Shown here in pieces: positions 17,177-29,915 of a stretch of DNA of 42,839 nucleotides. Under the pieces are notes generated by a model. The model saw nothing but the letters and a program-made list of their open reading frames with translations. It made no database searches and was not told where the DNA came from. A program made the position numbers and the translations under genes. This stretch comes from a virus. Taxonomy: Duplodnaviria > Heunggongvirae > Uroviricota > Caudoviricetes. The stretch's first letter is position 1. The number at the start of each line of letters is the position of its first letter. The stretch lies in IMG/VR virus record IMGVR_UViG_2565956731_000005, positions 1 to 42,839 of that record; one strand, 5' to 3'.

Positions 17177-19647
17177 CAGAATCCCCCAACAGTAAGGCGA
17201 GGAATAACGGCAAGAACAGACAGCGGCAACGGATCAAGCTGACGGATTTTTACACGTCCGTTTTTGCCCCAGTTACTGTCCAGTTTCACTTCTACTTTTC
17301 CGGTAGCGTCATCAACAGGATCATCGTAGAACTCGAATTCACGCTGTGGATATTCGTACCATTTACCGCCGGGCGTAGTCGCCCAGATGCCGCGACTGGC
17401 ATTCACAACCAGAGTAACGGAGGGGATCACCTGTTTTTTGTCCAGCAGCGTTTCCTGTCCGTTAATGTTGATATCCAGTGTTTCGAATTCAGCAGTTATT
17501 GGCAGGCCGATGTGCACTACAGCCCCCGGAGATTCCAGCGTGACGGCACCTCCGGAAACCACTTTCTGTGGTTCCACGTTCGCATCAGAGAGAATGTTTA
17601 CGGTCTGGCCTTCAAGATGAGACAGGCCTCCAAATGTCCGGCGCGCCATCTGCCAGTTCGTGGTGGCCGCATTCCTGAGGGATGGCGGGACGTTCCTGTT
17701 GGCACGAACCACTACAGCGATATTGCTGGTTACAGAAATAATGTCGCAACGTAATTCTTGTGACACTTCATCGCCAGTATCAGGATCAGTTCCGGCATAA
17801 GGGAACTGTAGTTGCGCACCGACATCACTACTGGTGAAGTACGCACCACCAGAAACACTGATTGTATATTCCGCTCGGTAATCCCATTCACCAGAACCAC
17901 CAGTGATGGTCATCGTTCTGTCAGACGTATTTCTTCCATCATAGCTAAGGCCAGAATCAACAAAGAAAGCATCTTCATCGCTGGTAAATAAACGGCTGGA
18001 CAGTCGCTCTATGTATCTCACTGTTTGCCCGTTAACGGTTCGGTTAACGACGAAATACACCGCATCTTCATTGCCTTCGCTGATACTGCATGTGCTTTCA
18101 TATTTCCCGGTACTGGATTGTGGTGCCCATGCAAAAACCTGCTGATCACGCAAATAGGTCATCACCAGTAATTTACCGTCATCACGAATGCAGAAGGCGC
18201 TGGAGTAAGGGACAATAGAGAAGCACCAGTCAACAATGCTGTGCTTCTGAAAAAGATGATTGGCAAGGATGGTCAGGTCGTTCCCCTGATAGCCGTCAAC
18301 ATCGAATGAGTAGGCCAGATCACGGACAACGCTGCCTTTCTCCTGGACGAACAGAGCAATATTCGCCACGGCAATTGGCGGGACGTTGCTTGAGCCATTT
18401 GATCCCTGAGAGCTGAATGCAAATGATGATGGGGTTAACACTTTGTTCTGGTCGCCGGTGATGACGTACTCACCTCCGGAAGTCAGCGCCACCAGCGAAC
18501 CAACATCAATCAGGTGACGGATCTCATTAACCTGACGCCCGGCATAGGTGTAGATAATTCTGTCGTCATCCTGCGTAGGATTGCTTTTGCCAAAATCCTT
18601 ATAATCCCCGGTACGGCTGGCCCAGATAGTCTGAGGGAACGCAGTCGATGCGGCGAAGTAAAGACGTTGTTGATAATAAACAACAGTGCCAGGATAACCA
18701 TTAACACTGTTCCAGGCATATTTAGCCCATTTATAGCTGGCATTATCCTCGCCAACGACCTGCGAAGGGATATAGGAAATCACCTCAGCAGTTGCAGTAG
18801 TGCCATTTGCAGCAGTGATACGGGCAATGCCAAAACCACTGTGCAGATACTCCCACTCAATGCCAGTATCATCATCACCGGATCCGCCCCAGCCATCCCA
18901 TGATGTGCCTTCTGTATGCGAAGGGCGCAAAGTGCCTGTTTTGCCTGCTGTAACGGCGCGATAGTAGTTACTGTCTGCACGGCGAATATCGCCAATCGAC
19001 GTACTCTTACTGGTTTCCCATACCGGCACTGAATCCACTGCAGGCTGTTCCAGATAGAATAATTTGCCTACCTGCTCCGCGCCAAAAATAGAGGCGCTTG
19101 CCGTTAACGTAATTGTCCCGGTGCTGGCGCTGGCATAAACCGTCACTGACTCGTCAATATTGATATCTTCAAATGGCCCGTTCTTCGTTACCACATCAAC
19201 CAGTTGCCAGTTGTCATGCGCATAGCGACGCAACTCTTTCGGCGGGTATGCCGGATGAACCAGCGTAAGCACGTCTGCGCTTTGCGTGAATTTAATTCGG
19301 AACAGATCGGCTTCAGTATATGGCGTGGCAATTTCATAAATAACATTGCTGCTGTTCAGCACCAACGCACCATCTTTGATAACGCGCATGTACTGGTGTC
19401 CGAACTCCAGAGCATAAGTCTGAACCGTCGAGAACTGGAACGGGATCAGACGGCATTTCCGATTTGGGTATTTGGCGGCACCGACAAAACGCGTACCAGG
19501 TCGATTCTCAACGCCGCCATACTGCCGCACGATAAAATTATCGCACTTGCGCAATGCCACCTGGTACTTCGCCATGTCGATACGTCCGTACAACGACGGT
19601 CCAATCTCACCACCAGCAAAGCTGGGCTGGATCCAACTGATAGCCAT
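17176..19647 (-). CDS. Tail tubular protein B-like (nozzle)
   Basis: 823 aa, by size and position equivalent to T7 gp12; follows the tube-A-like gene. Confidence 0.6.
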   Translation of the reverse strand: MAISWIQPSFAGGEIGPSLYGRIDMAKYQVALRKCDNFIVRQYGGVENRPGTRFVGAAKYPNRKCRLIPFQFSTVQTYALEFGHQYMRVIKDGALVLNSSNVIYEIATPYTEADLFRIKFTQSADVLTLVHPAYPPKELRRYAHDNWQLVDVVTKNGPFEDINIDESVTVYASASTGTITLTASASIFGAEQVGKLFYLEQPAVDSVPVWETSKSTSIGDIRRADSNYYRAVTAGKTGTLRPSHTEGTSWDGWGGSGDDDTGIEWEYLHSGFGIARITAANGTTATAEVISYIPSQVVGEDNASYKWAKYAWNSVNGYPGTVVYYQQRLYFAASTAFPQTIWASRTGDYKDFGKSNPTQDDDRIIYTYAGRQVNEIRHLIDVGSLVALTSGGEYVITGDQNKVLTPSSFAFSSQGSNGSSNVPPIAVANIALFVQEKGSVVRDLAYSFDVDGYQGNDLTILANHLFQKHSIVDWCFSIVPYSSAFCIRDDGKLLVMTYLRDQQVFAWAPQSSTGKYESTCSISEGNEDAVYFVVNRTVNGQTVRYIERLSSRLFTSDEDAFFVDSGLSYDGRNTSDRTMTITGGSGEWDYRAEYTISVSGGAYFTSSDVGAQLQFPYAGTDPDTGDEVSQELRCDIISVTSNIAVVVRANRNVPPSLRNAATTNWQMARRTFGGLSHLEGQTVNILSDANVEPQKVVSGGAVTLESPGAVVHIGLPITAEFETLDININGQETLLDKKQVIPSVTLVVNASRGIWATTPGGKWYEYPQREFEFYDDPVDDATGKVEVKLDSNWGKNGRVKIRQLDPLPLSVLAVIPRLTVGGF

Positions 19648-20252
19648 CAGGACAACCTCGCAATGGTAAACTCATCAACCGGTGGCTGTGGTTCCTGTGA
19701 TTCATTCTGGCTATGCGAGCCAGCACTAAGAATCACGCGATTGTACATATTGAGGGCAAACGTACCGAGGTCTGCATTCCCAGTCAGCGCCATGTTAATA
19801 GCTGCCGCAAGACGCCAGGCCAGCGCCTCCATAAAAATGGCATCAAACATGTTCACATCTGTAACGCGAGAGACATACTTGAGCCATGCCTGCGGCTGGT
19901 CTGTGTAGATCAATTTTCCTGTTCCGTTGGTGTCTGCACCAACTTCGTACTGAACGCGCATTGCTGCTGTTGGATTACGTACACCAGGAAGCATAATTTC
20001 AGTAATGCGCAGACAATCGGACGGGTACTGGTACGCATATTCCCAGTCAGGCGGTGGATTGCTCGTATCTGCAAGCGCCACGCGTTTGGTAGCAAAGTTC
20101 CAGTCAAAATCAGAAAGAACAGCATCACGGCAGGCCTCAAAGTGCAGCGAACATTCCCCCGCTTCCTTGCTGGCTTCCGTCAGGCTGTTAATGCTGCGGC
20201 TGTTGCCAATATTGGACAGCGCACGATTGCAGATCTCTACTATAGAGGCCAT
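19647..20252 (-). CDS. Tail tubular protein A-like (adaptor)
   Basis: 201 aa, by size and position equivalent to T7 gp11. Confidence 0.5.
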   Translation of the reverse strand: MASIVEICNRALSNIGNSRSINSLTEASKEAGECSLHFEACRDAVLSDFDWNFATKRVALADTSNPPPDWEYAYQYPSDCLRITEIMLPGVRNPTAAMRVQYEVGADTNGTGKLIYTDQPQAWLKYVSRVTDVNMFDAIFMEALAWRLAAAINMALTGNADLGTFALNMYNRVILSAGSHSQNESQEPQPPVDEFTIARLS

Positions 20253-20581
20253 TGCTCACCCCCATTGCCGTACAGGGTTTCAGCCGCTGATTTTTCTACA
20301 TTCCCGGAAACAGGAGCGATCGCCATATCAGTGATCTGCAGATCGGCGCTGCGATTAACACCATCGTCAGTTTCTCTGGCAGACAGGCCTCGAATAACAG
20401 CTTTTGCAGTTATCATCACTTCTGTTCCGACGCCCTGAGGTTGCGCCTTCAGCTTATTCAATGTGTCGTTATTAAGAGTGATGCACAGCCCCCACGGGTA
20501 TTCATCGCGAGTTCTGGTTTCTCCGCTCTCATCCTGGTAGCTGTCAGTGCCGGTTTTGAGGTTTACGAGTTCCATATACAC
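20240..20581 (-). CDS. Hypothetical virion-module protein
   Basis: 113-aa ORF within the co-oriented structural operon. Confidence 0.45.
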   Translation of the reverse strand: MYMELVNLKTGTDSYQDESGETRTRDEYPWGLCITLNNDTLNKLKAQPQGVGTEVMITAKAVIRGLSARETDDGVNRSADLQITDMAIAPVSGNVEKSAAETLYGNGGEQWPL

Positions 20582-20625
20582 TCCTGCAATAAAGGGGCCG
20601 AAGCCCCTTGTCTGATCCGCGAGGC

Positions 20626-20970
20626 TTACACGCCCAGTTCTTTACGCTTATCTGCGATCTTCTCGCGGAGCGTTTCGGCTTTGGCGTTATGGTGTGGCTT
20701 CTCGTTAAAGAGCAATTCGTACTCTTCACGGAGCTTATCCAGTTCACCATCATCTGACACATCGTTGATGATTTTGGTGCTGGTTGTTGCCATTGACACC
20801 TTTCCTGCAACTTTTGCTTTTGCCTGTCTGGCTGCATCGTTAACAGGTTCCAGTGCGCTACCAGGCTCACCTTCGTATTCGATTTCTGCCCCCTCCGGCC
20901 ACAGAGTGTTATGGATATGAGAGAGGCGCAGAACGCGGTATCTTGGTTTCTCACCAGACATCGATATCAC
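20626..20970 (-). CDS. Hypothetical virion-module protein
   Basis: 114-aa ORF; a hairpin follows on the minus strand (GGGGC-CGAA-GCCCC plus T-rich stretch, about 20586..20610). Confidence 0.45.
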   Translation of the reverse strand: MISMSGEKPRYRVLRLSHIHNTLWPEGAEIEYEGEPGSALEPVNDAARQAKAKVAGKVSMATTSTKIINDVSDDGELDKLREEYELLFNEKPHHNAKAETLREKIADKRKELGV

Positions 20971-20971
20971 C

Positions 20972-21409
20972 TTAACCAGTTACTTTTGAGCGGATCGGAT
21001 ACGGCGTATTGGCATCAACATCAAGACTGATACCAGCAGTGAATTTGCCGGCCGTTAGTGGGCCAGTTGCGACGGAGTAGTTAACACGCAGATATCGCTG
21101 AACACCGGCAGGCACCTTTGCAGAAACAACACGTTTACCTGCAGTCATGGTGGCCTTTGCCAACGCACCACTATCATAAATAGTGGTCCAAGAGCTGTTA
21201 TTCTCACTCGTCTGCAACTGGATGTTTACAGTTGCCTCACCACTTGCCGTGGCGGCTTCGTTAACCAGCGCCCAAAACTCAAGCGGGTAACCCACGCCGA
21301 TATCGCGACGATTTCCATCAATTGGACCAAGATCGATTACGTCAGTAGAAGCCGCGGTATCAGTTACCGCCTGTGCTTCGGAGAACATCAACAGTTTGTC
21401 GGTGATCAT
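20972..21409 (-). CDS. Hypothetical capsid-associated protein (decoration-like)
   Basis: 145-aa ORF directly after the major capsid gene; beta-rich composition. Confidence 0.45.
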   Translation of the reverse strand: MITDKLLMFSEAQAVTDTAASTDVIDLGPIDGNRRDIGVGYPLEFWALVNEAATASGEATVNIQLQTSENNSSWTTIYDSGALAKATMTAGKRVVSAKVPAGVQRYLRVNYSVATGPLTAGKFTAGISLDVDANTPYPIRSKVTG

Positions 21410-21460
21410 CTTCTTTCTCCATTAGTGGGTCTGTTACGACCCACTGGTTAATAACAGGCG

Positions 21461-22453
21461 TTACACCACACGGGCTTCTGTTTCCAGAAGCGCATCAGTT
21501 TCACGGATTGGTACACCACGGAATGAAGTCCACCACTCGCCTTCTGTCTCTTTTACGCTGATCGCCAGAGATGTTTTCTCCAGAGATTGCAGATCAAGAG
21601 CCTGGCCTACAGTGCGGTTCATGTAGAACACCGGGCGACCCATTCCACGGTTTGGAATGCGATGCAGTGCTTTAACCATCAACTTCGCAATATTTGTGGC
21701 AGAGGAAGGTTCTGAAAGATTGCTGACATCGATGTTTGCAATGCGAACAACATAACGCCAGTCACGCAGAGCAAGTCCGTTGTCCCATTTGTAATGGGTG
21801 CGATAGCCTTCGTACTTGCCGCCATTAGCATCTTCCAGTGTCACCTGGCCTTTATCTTCCATCTGGATGCCAGCCTTCTGCCCTTTCGGGAAGATGCCAT
21901 GCACGGTGTTTTCGCCCCACACCACTAACCAGATTGAGGTGTTATCTGTACCCGTGCCACCAGCATCAATGATGTTCTGAGCATTACCCGCAGACAGGCT
22001 GGAATAGCGGGAGGACAGTCCCATAAACTGCTGAGGGTTAACGCTGGAATCACCATAAAACAGCGTCTGCGCCATCTGCTGATTCATCGCTTCAATAAAT
22101 GCGCGGTCTTCAGACAGGCGGAATTCAGCGGTATTGCCGTTCAGATCAGCCAGTGACTTATCGACTTCAGCATAGGTTTCCAGCATGCCAATGGAATCAG
22201 TGACCTGCACCGTTGTTGATTTGCTCGGTTGTACGCCATAGTTCAGCAAACGCCAGGTAGCGGAAGGTAAACCAGAACGAATGGTGGTTCGGTGTCCGGT
22301 AGGAAGGTTTCCTTCAACAAAAGGCATATCCTGAAGGATTGGGTTAGTTTGACTGAGAAGCTCGATAATCTTATCGACTTTCCCGTTTGGATCGACGCGC
22401 TTACCCCAGTCAGCCAGCGTTAGCGCAGTTAAGCCTTTAACAGCCATTGTCAT
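21461..22453 (-). CDS. Major capsid protein
   Basis: 330 aa, directly downstream of an acidic scaffold-like gene; a stem-loop follows the gene, as after T7 gene 10. Confidence 0.7.
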   Translation of the reverse strand: MTMAVKGLTALTLADWGKRVDPNGKVDKIIELLSQTNPILQDMPFVEGNLPTGHRTTIRSGLPSATWRLLNYGVQPSKSTTVQVTDSIGMLETYAEVDKSLADLNGNTAEFRLSEDRAFIEAMNQQMAQTLFYGDSSVNPQQFMGLSSRYSSLSAGNAQNIIDAGGTGTDNTSIWLVVWGENTVHGIFPKGQKAGIQMEDKGQVTLEDANGGKYEGYRTHYKWDNGLALRDWRYVVRIANIDVSNLSEPSSATNIAKLMVKALHRIPNRGMGRPVFYMNRTVGQALDLQSLEKTSLAISVKETEGEWWTSFRGVPIRETDALLETEARVV

Positions 22454-22461
22454 TTCCTCTC

Positions 22462-23163
22462 TTATTTGCCATAGAGCACTTCGGCCGCACTACGCTGGCC
22501 TTCATTACCACCGGTGACCATGCCATCTTCAGACATCGCCTTTCCGATTTTCACGAACGTTTTGACCAGATCAGGGTGATTACCCAGCCCGGTGGTGTTC
22601 AGATATTCTTTGAGTTCAGGTGTCCCGAACTGGTCAAGCGCACGCTGTGCGGCGCTAAGGTTAGAAATCAACTTGTCGCCACCGATTTCTTTGTCAGCTT
22701 TTACATCCGCAGCCCACTGCTCGGTTGTTTTCTGCCAGGCTTCTGCCTGGCGCTGCTGAACACCTGCCAGAATCTTCGGATAAGCATCAACCAGCTTTTG
22801 CGCTTGCTCGTTGGTCAGGTTAAGTTCTCGCGCCACCGGCTCGAATTCCTTCAACGCTTCTGTATCCAGCTCTACGCCTTCGGCAGCCTGAAACTCGTAC
22901 TTCTCAGGCGCACCCTCTGGTTTATCGCCGTCCTTTTTTTCATCCTGCTTATCGTTTTCAGGCTTTTTGTCATCAGCAGGTTTATCGCCATCAGCAACAG
23001 GTTGTGGCTTATCACCTTCCTGTTGTGATGGATCACCAACTGGAGCAGGGTTATCACCTGCAGGCGCTGACGGTTCTGACGCAGCCGGAGCTGCTCCACC
23101 ATCGACTGGTTGCTCATTGCAAAGACGGCGATACAGCAAACGCTCAAATAAATTCATGATCAC
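22462..23163 (-). CDS. Scaffolding protein
   Basis: Highly acidic, Pro/Asp/Lys-rich low-complexity N-terminal half with a helical C-terminal half, between portal and capsid. Confidence 0.65.
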   Translation of the reverse strand: MIMNLFERLLYRRLCNEQPVDGGAAPAASEPSAPAGDNPAPVGDPSQQEGDKPQPVADGDKPADDKKPENDKQDEKKDGDKPEGAPEKYEFQAAEGVELDTEALKEFEPVARELNLTNEQAQKLVDAYPKILAGVQQRQAEAWQKTTEQWAADVKADKEIGGDKLISNLSAAQRALDQFGTPELKEYLNTTGLGNHPDLVKTFVKIGKAMSEDGMVTGGNEGQRSAAEVLYGK

Positions 23164-23456
23164 TCCTGTTCACTGGCCTCTTTGGCCATCTTCAAATACT
23201 GTTCAGGGCAATGCGCCATAACGCGCTGAAACAGTTCCAGCGCCAGATTGCGTTGCCCCTCATTAAATGCCATTGCCATAGCGTCCATCGGTGAGATAGC
23301 GGAAAACACACGGCCTTTCTCCAGCACCGACCAGACAACGCGACGCCCCTGTTCACTGCTCATGACAAAGCGAATGTCATCAATTTCACGCTGCGCCATG
23401 TCACGTTGCTTACGGGCGTTTTCTTCTTTCAGTTGATCGTCTTCGTAATCTGTCAT
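23160..23456 (-). CDS. Hypothetical head-module protein
   Basis: 98-aa ORF translationally coupled between the portal and scaffold genes. Confidence 0.5.
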   Translation of the reverse strand: MTDYEDDQLKEENARKQRDMAQREIDDIRFVMSSEQGRRVVWSVLEKGRVFSAISPMDAMAMAFNEGQRNLALELFQRVMAHCPEQYLKMAKEASEQE

Positions 23457-25132
23457 TGTGATTGCCCACCCTGACCACTAACTGCATTCGCCATAGCTGA
23501 CAAAACACTCGGATCCGAAGTTTTAGCTTCGCTTAGCGTCTTGGCACCCTGTGCCGCCGCCATCCCCATCGCCATCATTTGTTGCTGCTGTTGTTGCTGT
23601 GCCCGTTGCTGGCGAGCCTGCTCAACCTGTTCCTGCGGAACAATGACGGTTGGAGACACTCCTGACATATCAGCGAATGCATCGATCGCCTGATCAACGT
23701 TGAGTTTGTCGAGAGCTTCTGGTTTCGCTTGCGCAAGTTGACCAATGAAGTTGACCGTAGACGCCAGACTGGACAGGCCGATAGACTTCTGCGCCTGAGC
23801 CATGACGGAAATGTATTCGACCTTCAGGGGCATACCTTCCATCGCGTCAGGCGGTGGCGGCAGCATGTTTTTACGCACCATCATCGAGAAAGCGCGGTCA
23901 ATGAGAGGATTAAGACATTCGTCGTTCAGACGCTCCAGAACCGGCCCCAACATCAGAAGTTTTTCTTCTTTCATTTCGATCACTGCTTCAACAGGCATCG
24001 AGCGGGTATTGATGTTCTGCAACATCATGAACAGATCGACAAAGTAGGCGCTGTTAATGATTTGACGAGTGTCCTGAATGTCTGCTACCAGATCTGCTGT
24101 ACTGGGGTTAACCAGATAAGCAGGCCTGAAGCCATCCTGACCAGTAATCTGATCGATATACGTGATGTCGCCAGGAAGAAGGGAGGCGCGCTGATTCTTG
24201 AGGGAAGTCGGAGCAACCATCGGCGGATTGGTGGCTTTATCAATCAACTGCGACTTGCGCTTCTGGAGAAGTTGCAATGCCTTAACAGGTCCAAGCGCCA
24301 GCATACCCGGGCATGATGATCCATAAACATCTTCGCCATTAACTTCCCAGCGCGGAGCCATAATTGGAAACTCATCAAATCCGGACTCACGCAACAACTT
24401 GTCGTTATCGCCACCAACCTCGTAATAAACCGATTTGAATGGCTTGTTCTTGCTATCCAGCTTCGATGTATCGCGGTCAATGTTCGGGTAAACCGAATGC
24501 ATCACTTCAATCCACTTCTCGTAGGTGCCGCTTTCCCACATGCTTTTTACGGATTCGCTGACGTTATTTAGTCCGAACTCCTGAACAAGCTGACGAACAG
24601 TCATAGAGAACTTGCGAAAACAGGTGTCCACATTGCCACGAGGTGAGTTAGCCAGGTAGTAACTTCCTATCGGGAATGGCATTGTACGAATGATGTCCTC
24701 GTCATCCTCCAGCACCGCCATTGCGCCAGTGCTGTATGTGCCGAGGCTTCCGTATAACTGCGGCAGCGACTGATAGAGATTCGACTTATTGAACATATCG
24801 TTCATGCGGTTCTGCACCGCCTCAAGCCACAACTTAACAGGGCCATAATCCATCATTTCAGGATCTGGCGTAGCCAGGCGAAACCACGGACGCGCGGGGC
24901 TTGTGATGCCTGACATCATGCCGCTGGCGAGAGTGCGCGCCGCCATAGTCCCGGTCGAATCAATAATGCGTGTATTGCGTCGATCGTTACGGTTGACCTC
25001 AGAAGTCAGAAAGCGGGAACCACGCGGGTTGATGTAATCACTCAACTCGCGCCAGTGCGGCTCGAACGACTGACGCTCGCTTTCAAGTTGTGCGAACTGT
25101 TTGTTCAATCGCTCTTTAGTTGTTTCCGCCAT
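23453..25132 (-). CDS. Portal (head-to-tail connector) protein
   Basis: 559 aa, the size and position of a T7 gp8-like portal; Gln/Met-rich C-terminus. Confidence 0.75.
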   Translation of the reverse strand: MAETTKERLNKQFAQLESERQSFEPHWRELSDYINPRGSRFLTSEVNRNDRRNTRIIDSTGTMAARTLASGMMSGITSPARPWFRLATPDPEMMDYGPVKLWLEAVQNRMNDMFNKSNLYQSLPQLYGSLGTYSTGAMAVLEDDEDIIRTMPFPIGSYYLANSPRGNVDTCFRKFSMTVRQLVQEFGLNNVSESVKSMWESGTYEKWIEVMHSVYPNIDRDTSKLDSKNKPFKSVYYEVGGDNDKLLRESGFDEFPIMAPRWEVNGEDVYGSSCPGMLALGPVKALQLLQKRKSQLIDKATNPPMVAPTSLKNQRASLLPGDITYIDQITGQDGFRPAYLVNPSTADLVADIQDTRQIINSAYFVDLFMMLQNINTRSMPVEAVIEMKEEKLLMLGPVLERLNDECLNPLIDRAFSMMVRKNMLPPPPDAMEGMPLKVEYISVMAQAQKSIGLSSLASTVNFIGQLAQAKPEALDKLNVDQAIDAFADMSGVSPTVIVPQEQVEQARQQRAQQQQQQQMMAMGMAAAQGAKTLSEAKTSDPSVLSAMANAVSGQGGQSQ

Positions 25133-25146
25133 TTCAATGACTCCGG

Positions 25147-25353
25147 TTACTGACCAAGCAGCGTTTTACCGCTGGTATTAGCGGTTGATGTGTCGCCCTG
25201 AGAACCGGTAAGCAGCGTAGAACTACGACCAGCAGCAGCGCGACGGCGACGAGTTTCTTCGTCGCGGGCATCAACAACGGCGGCATCCTGCTCCTGTGGT
25301 GCTGCCTGAACTTCTGGTGTTGCAGGCACTGACGGTGAGCTACCCATGCACAT
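25147..25353 (-). CDS. Small Ala/Thr-rich protein upstream of portal
   Basis: RBS GGAG 8 nt upstream of the ATG; ends 15 bp before the portal start. Low complexity, so uncertain. Confidence 0.4.
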   Translation of the reverse strand: MCMGSSPSVPATPEVQAAPQEQDAAVVDARDEETRRRRAAAGRSSTLLTGSQGDTSTANTSGKTLLGQ

Positions 25354-25442
25354 ATCAATGACTCCGTACGCAATTTAATTATTACCAATTTAACCACATA
25401 TGATTTATTTATCGTAGATAGTTGACATTTAACGCACGAATT

Positions 25443-25459
25443 ATTACCTTCCAGGTAAG
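25443..25459. promoter_or_regulatory. Operator-like palindrome ATTACCTTCCAGGTAAG, with TTGACA at 25422..25427
   Basis: Motif copy downstream of a consensus -35 hexamer; points rightward toward the tRNA. Confidence 0.45.
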
Positions 25460-25780
25460 TAAATGGTTCATTCCGGTTATTAACCTGACTGGCTTGTCGT
25501 TAAATTGAACAGGTGGAGTGAGCTTTTATTTTGAGCAGTACGGCGTATGGCACATGCGCCGATAGCGGTCTGGATACGTTTAAGGGGCCCCCTCCCTTGC
25601 TCGGGCAAACGAACCAGGTAGCCGGAATGTGCAAGTCGAGCGGTTTTATTCCGCGCACGGGGATTCACCATCCCGGCGATTCGGTGTGACGCCTCGGAAG
25701 AGACGAGGGTACAACGATGAGAGCATTTATGGAGCCGCGACAAAGTGTGGCGCCTTAACAGGCTAAGTGCTCTCAGCGTT

Positions 25781-25857
25781 GTGGCATTAGCTCAGTTGGA
25801 CAGAGCAACCGCCTTCTAAGCGGTTGGTCGCAGGTTCGAATCCTGCATGCCACGCCA
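25781..25857 (+). tRNA. tRNA-Arg (anticodon UCU), CCA end encoded
   Basis: Cloverleaf folded by hand: acceptor GTGGCAT/ATGCCAC, D-arm GCTC-AGTTGGACA-GAGC, anticodon stem ACCGC/GCGGT with loop CTTCTAA, T-arm GCAGG-TTCGAAT-CCTGC, discriminator G then CCA. Resembles argU. Confidence 0.9.
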
Positions 25858-25900
25858 GAATCACGCCTAAGGACCGTGATGCCAGAAGTTCCAGGGGCTT

Positions 25901-25942
25901 GGCGGTGATGGTTTCCCTTGAAGGGCTATCACCGCCCTTTTT
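25901..25942 (+). terminator. Rho-independent terminator T1 downstream of the tRNA
   Basis: Long hairpin GGCGGTGAT…ATCACCGCC followed by CTTTTT. Confidence 0.7.
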
Positions 25943-26020
25943 ACAGCAGGACGCCATTGCGATGACTTCATGCTGTAAACCAGTACAGCCACGGAAGGCA
26001 TAACTCATTGCTTCCAGTTC

Positions 26021-26045
26021 GCCCGGTTCGTCCGGGCATTTTTTT
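26021..26045 (+). terminator. Rho-independent terminator T2
   Basis: GCCCGG-TTCGT-CCGGGC followed by ATTTTTTT; the T-run abuts the RBS of the next ORF. Confidence 0.7.
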
Positions 26046-26057
26046 AAGGTGAAAATC

Positions 26058-26390
26058 ATGAAAGAGAAGACTGCAGCTGAGCGCTATGCCGCAGCTATCA
26101 ATGCCGCGATGGCGATTGTAAACCTGCGTGAAGAGATTAAAGATCTCCTTGCAATTATCCATAACAACCTGACATGTACAGAGTTGCTTGGCGGTCAGTA
26201 CAACGGTGAGGCGGTGAAGGAGGCATTTAAAAATGCCGAGGTAGGAATAATTCCAGCAAACTATGTCAAGGCTGAATGTGTGCTCCTAAAGGCACGAGTG
26301 AGTCTGCATGAAGATCCTGGTAATCTCGGTCGAACTGCAATGCGTTACGTGATAGACGAGTCGAATGCCAAACACAATCTACCGAAATAA
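26058..26390 (+). CDS. Hypothetical protein (moron, antisense to the late operon)
   Basis: RBS AAGG 8 nt upstream of the ATG at 26058 (the track GTG start is 26049); followed by the palindrome and a terminator. Confidence 0.5.
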   Translation: MKEKTAAERYAAAINAAMAIVNLREEIKDLLAIIHNNLTCTELLGGQYNGEAVKEAFKNAEVGIIPANYVKAECVLLKARVSLHEDPGNLGRTAMRYVIDESNAKHNLPK

Positions 26391-26394
26391 CACC

Positions 26395-26406
26395 GTGACA
26401 TGTCAC
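26395..26406. repeat. Perfect 12-bp palindrome GTGACATGTCAC (copy 2 of 3)
   Basis: Begins 5 bp after the stop of 26058..26390. Confidence 0.9.
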
Positions 26407-26410
26407 AAAC

Positions 26411-26437
26411 AGCCAGCCTATGAGCTGGCTTTGTTTT
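26411..26437 (+). terminator. Rho-independent terminator
   Basis: AGCCAGC-CTATG-AGCTGGCT followed by TTGTTTT. Confidence 0.65.
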
Positions 26438-26480
26438 ATCCTCACCAGAGGATATCAACGACATTATCCCCACCAGCGGA

Positions 26481-29126
<2,646 letters not shown>

Positions 29127-29915
29127 GAAGTCGCTGTCTTCCCCGTAGTCATCAACCCATTTCTGCAACTGCTGTTTGTTAGTGCCTTCCACCGTCCGGC
29201 TGTCAATCTGCGCAGTTTTCCAGCGGTGTTTATATTTGCGGAAACATTCGCGGAAACGCCCGGTGTTACGTGTAGGGTTTCCGAACGCCACCCAGATAAT
29301 CTCAGTGTCTTCGTCCGTAAGCGCACCCTCAGCAACTTCCCACACCAGATCCGCAATGTTCGACGCTTCATCGAATACCACGATGATGCGTTTGCGCTCG
29401 TTGTGTAGTCCTGCGAATGCCTCAGTGTTGTGCTCAGACCAGGGGATTGCGTCAGCCCGCCACCGCTTGTCGTGCCCAGGATCATTGCTGTACATCGCGG
29501 TAGCGGTACAGGTAAACCAGTCTTTCGTGATAGCAAGGTTCGACCACTTGATAATTTCCGGCCAGGTCTTCGTTCGTAGCTGGTTGTCGGTGTTGGCGGT
29601 CACCACGACCTTACAATCCTCGCAAGTGGACATGCCCCAGTTGATCAGCATTGAGATGAATGCGGATTTACCAATACCGTGACCAGAAGCGCGTGCCAGC
29701 ATAAGCGGCTGATAGCGCGTCTCTGGATTCTGCAGGTGATCACGTATCTCTCGGAACGCATCAGCCTGCCACTGACGTGGGCCGGTGGCATGTGCCAGTT
29801 CAGTCCCCTCTTCCCCCCATGGGAACGCATAGAGGGCATAGCCAAGCGGATCGTGAGTGAACCCTGCAATATCCTCGATTAACTGCTCTTCAGGAGATAA
29901 CGCTGTATCTGTCAC
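29127..29915 (-). pseudogene. Terminase large subunit, N-terminal (ATPase) fragment
   Basis: Walker A-like ASGHGIGKS; start overlaps the terS stop. The track ORF's last residues ([18 protein letters not shown]) are translated from the IS end, not from terminase. Confidence 0.8.

Noticed and set aside
17387-20438. Plus-strand ORFs inside the virion operon (for example 17387..17620, 18514..18903, 19204..19908, 19713..20438, 20441..20920, 22447..23028).
   Set aside because: They lie antisense to long, tightly coupled minus-strand structural genes, lack ribosome-binding sites and have odd amino-acid composition; they are shadow ORFs.
25134-25743. ORFs 25134..25397 and 25480..25743 on the minus strand near the tRNA.
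   Set aside because: 25134..25397 is the alternate frame of the better-supported RBS-bearing ORF 25147..25353; 25480..25743 is Arg-rich with no RBS and lies in what looks like a non-coding leader.
25973-25988. Second LexA-like box CTGTAAACCAGTACAG between the tRNA and ORF 26058.
   Set aside because: It matches only the CTGT-N8-ACAG core, with a GC-containing spacer and non-consensus flanks; about 0.6 such core matches are expected by chance in 43 kb, and a terminator lies between it and the ORF.
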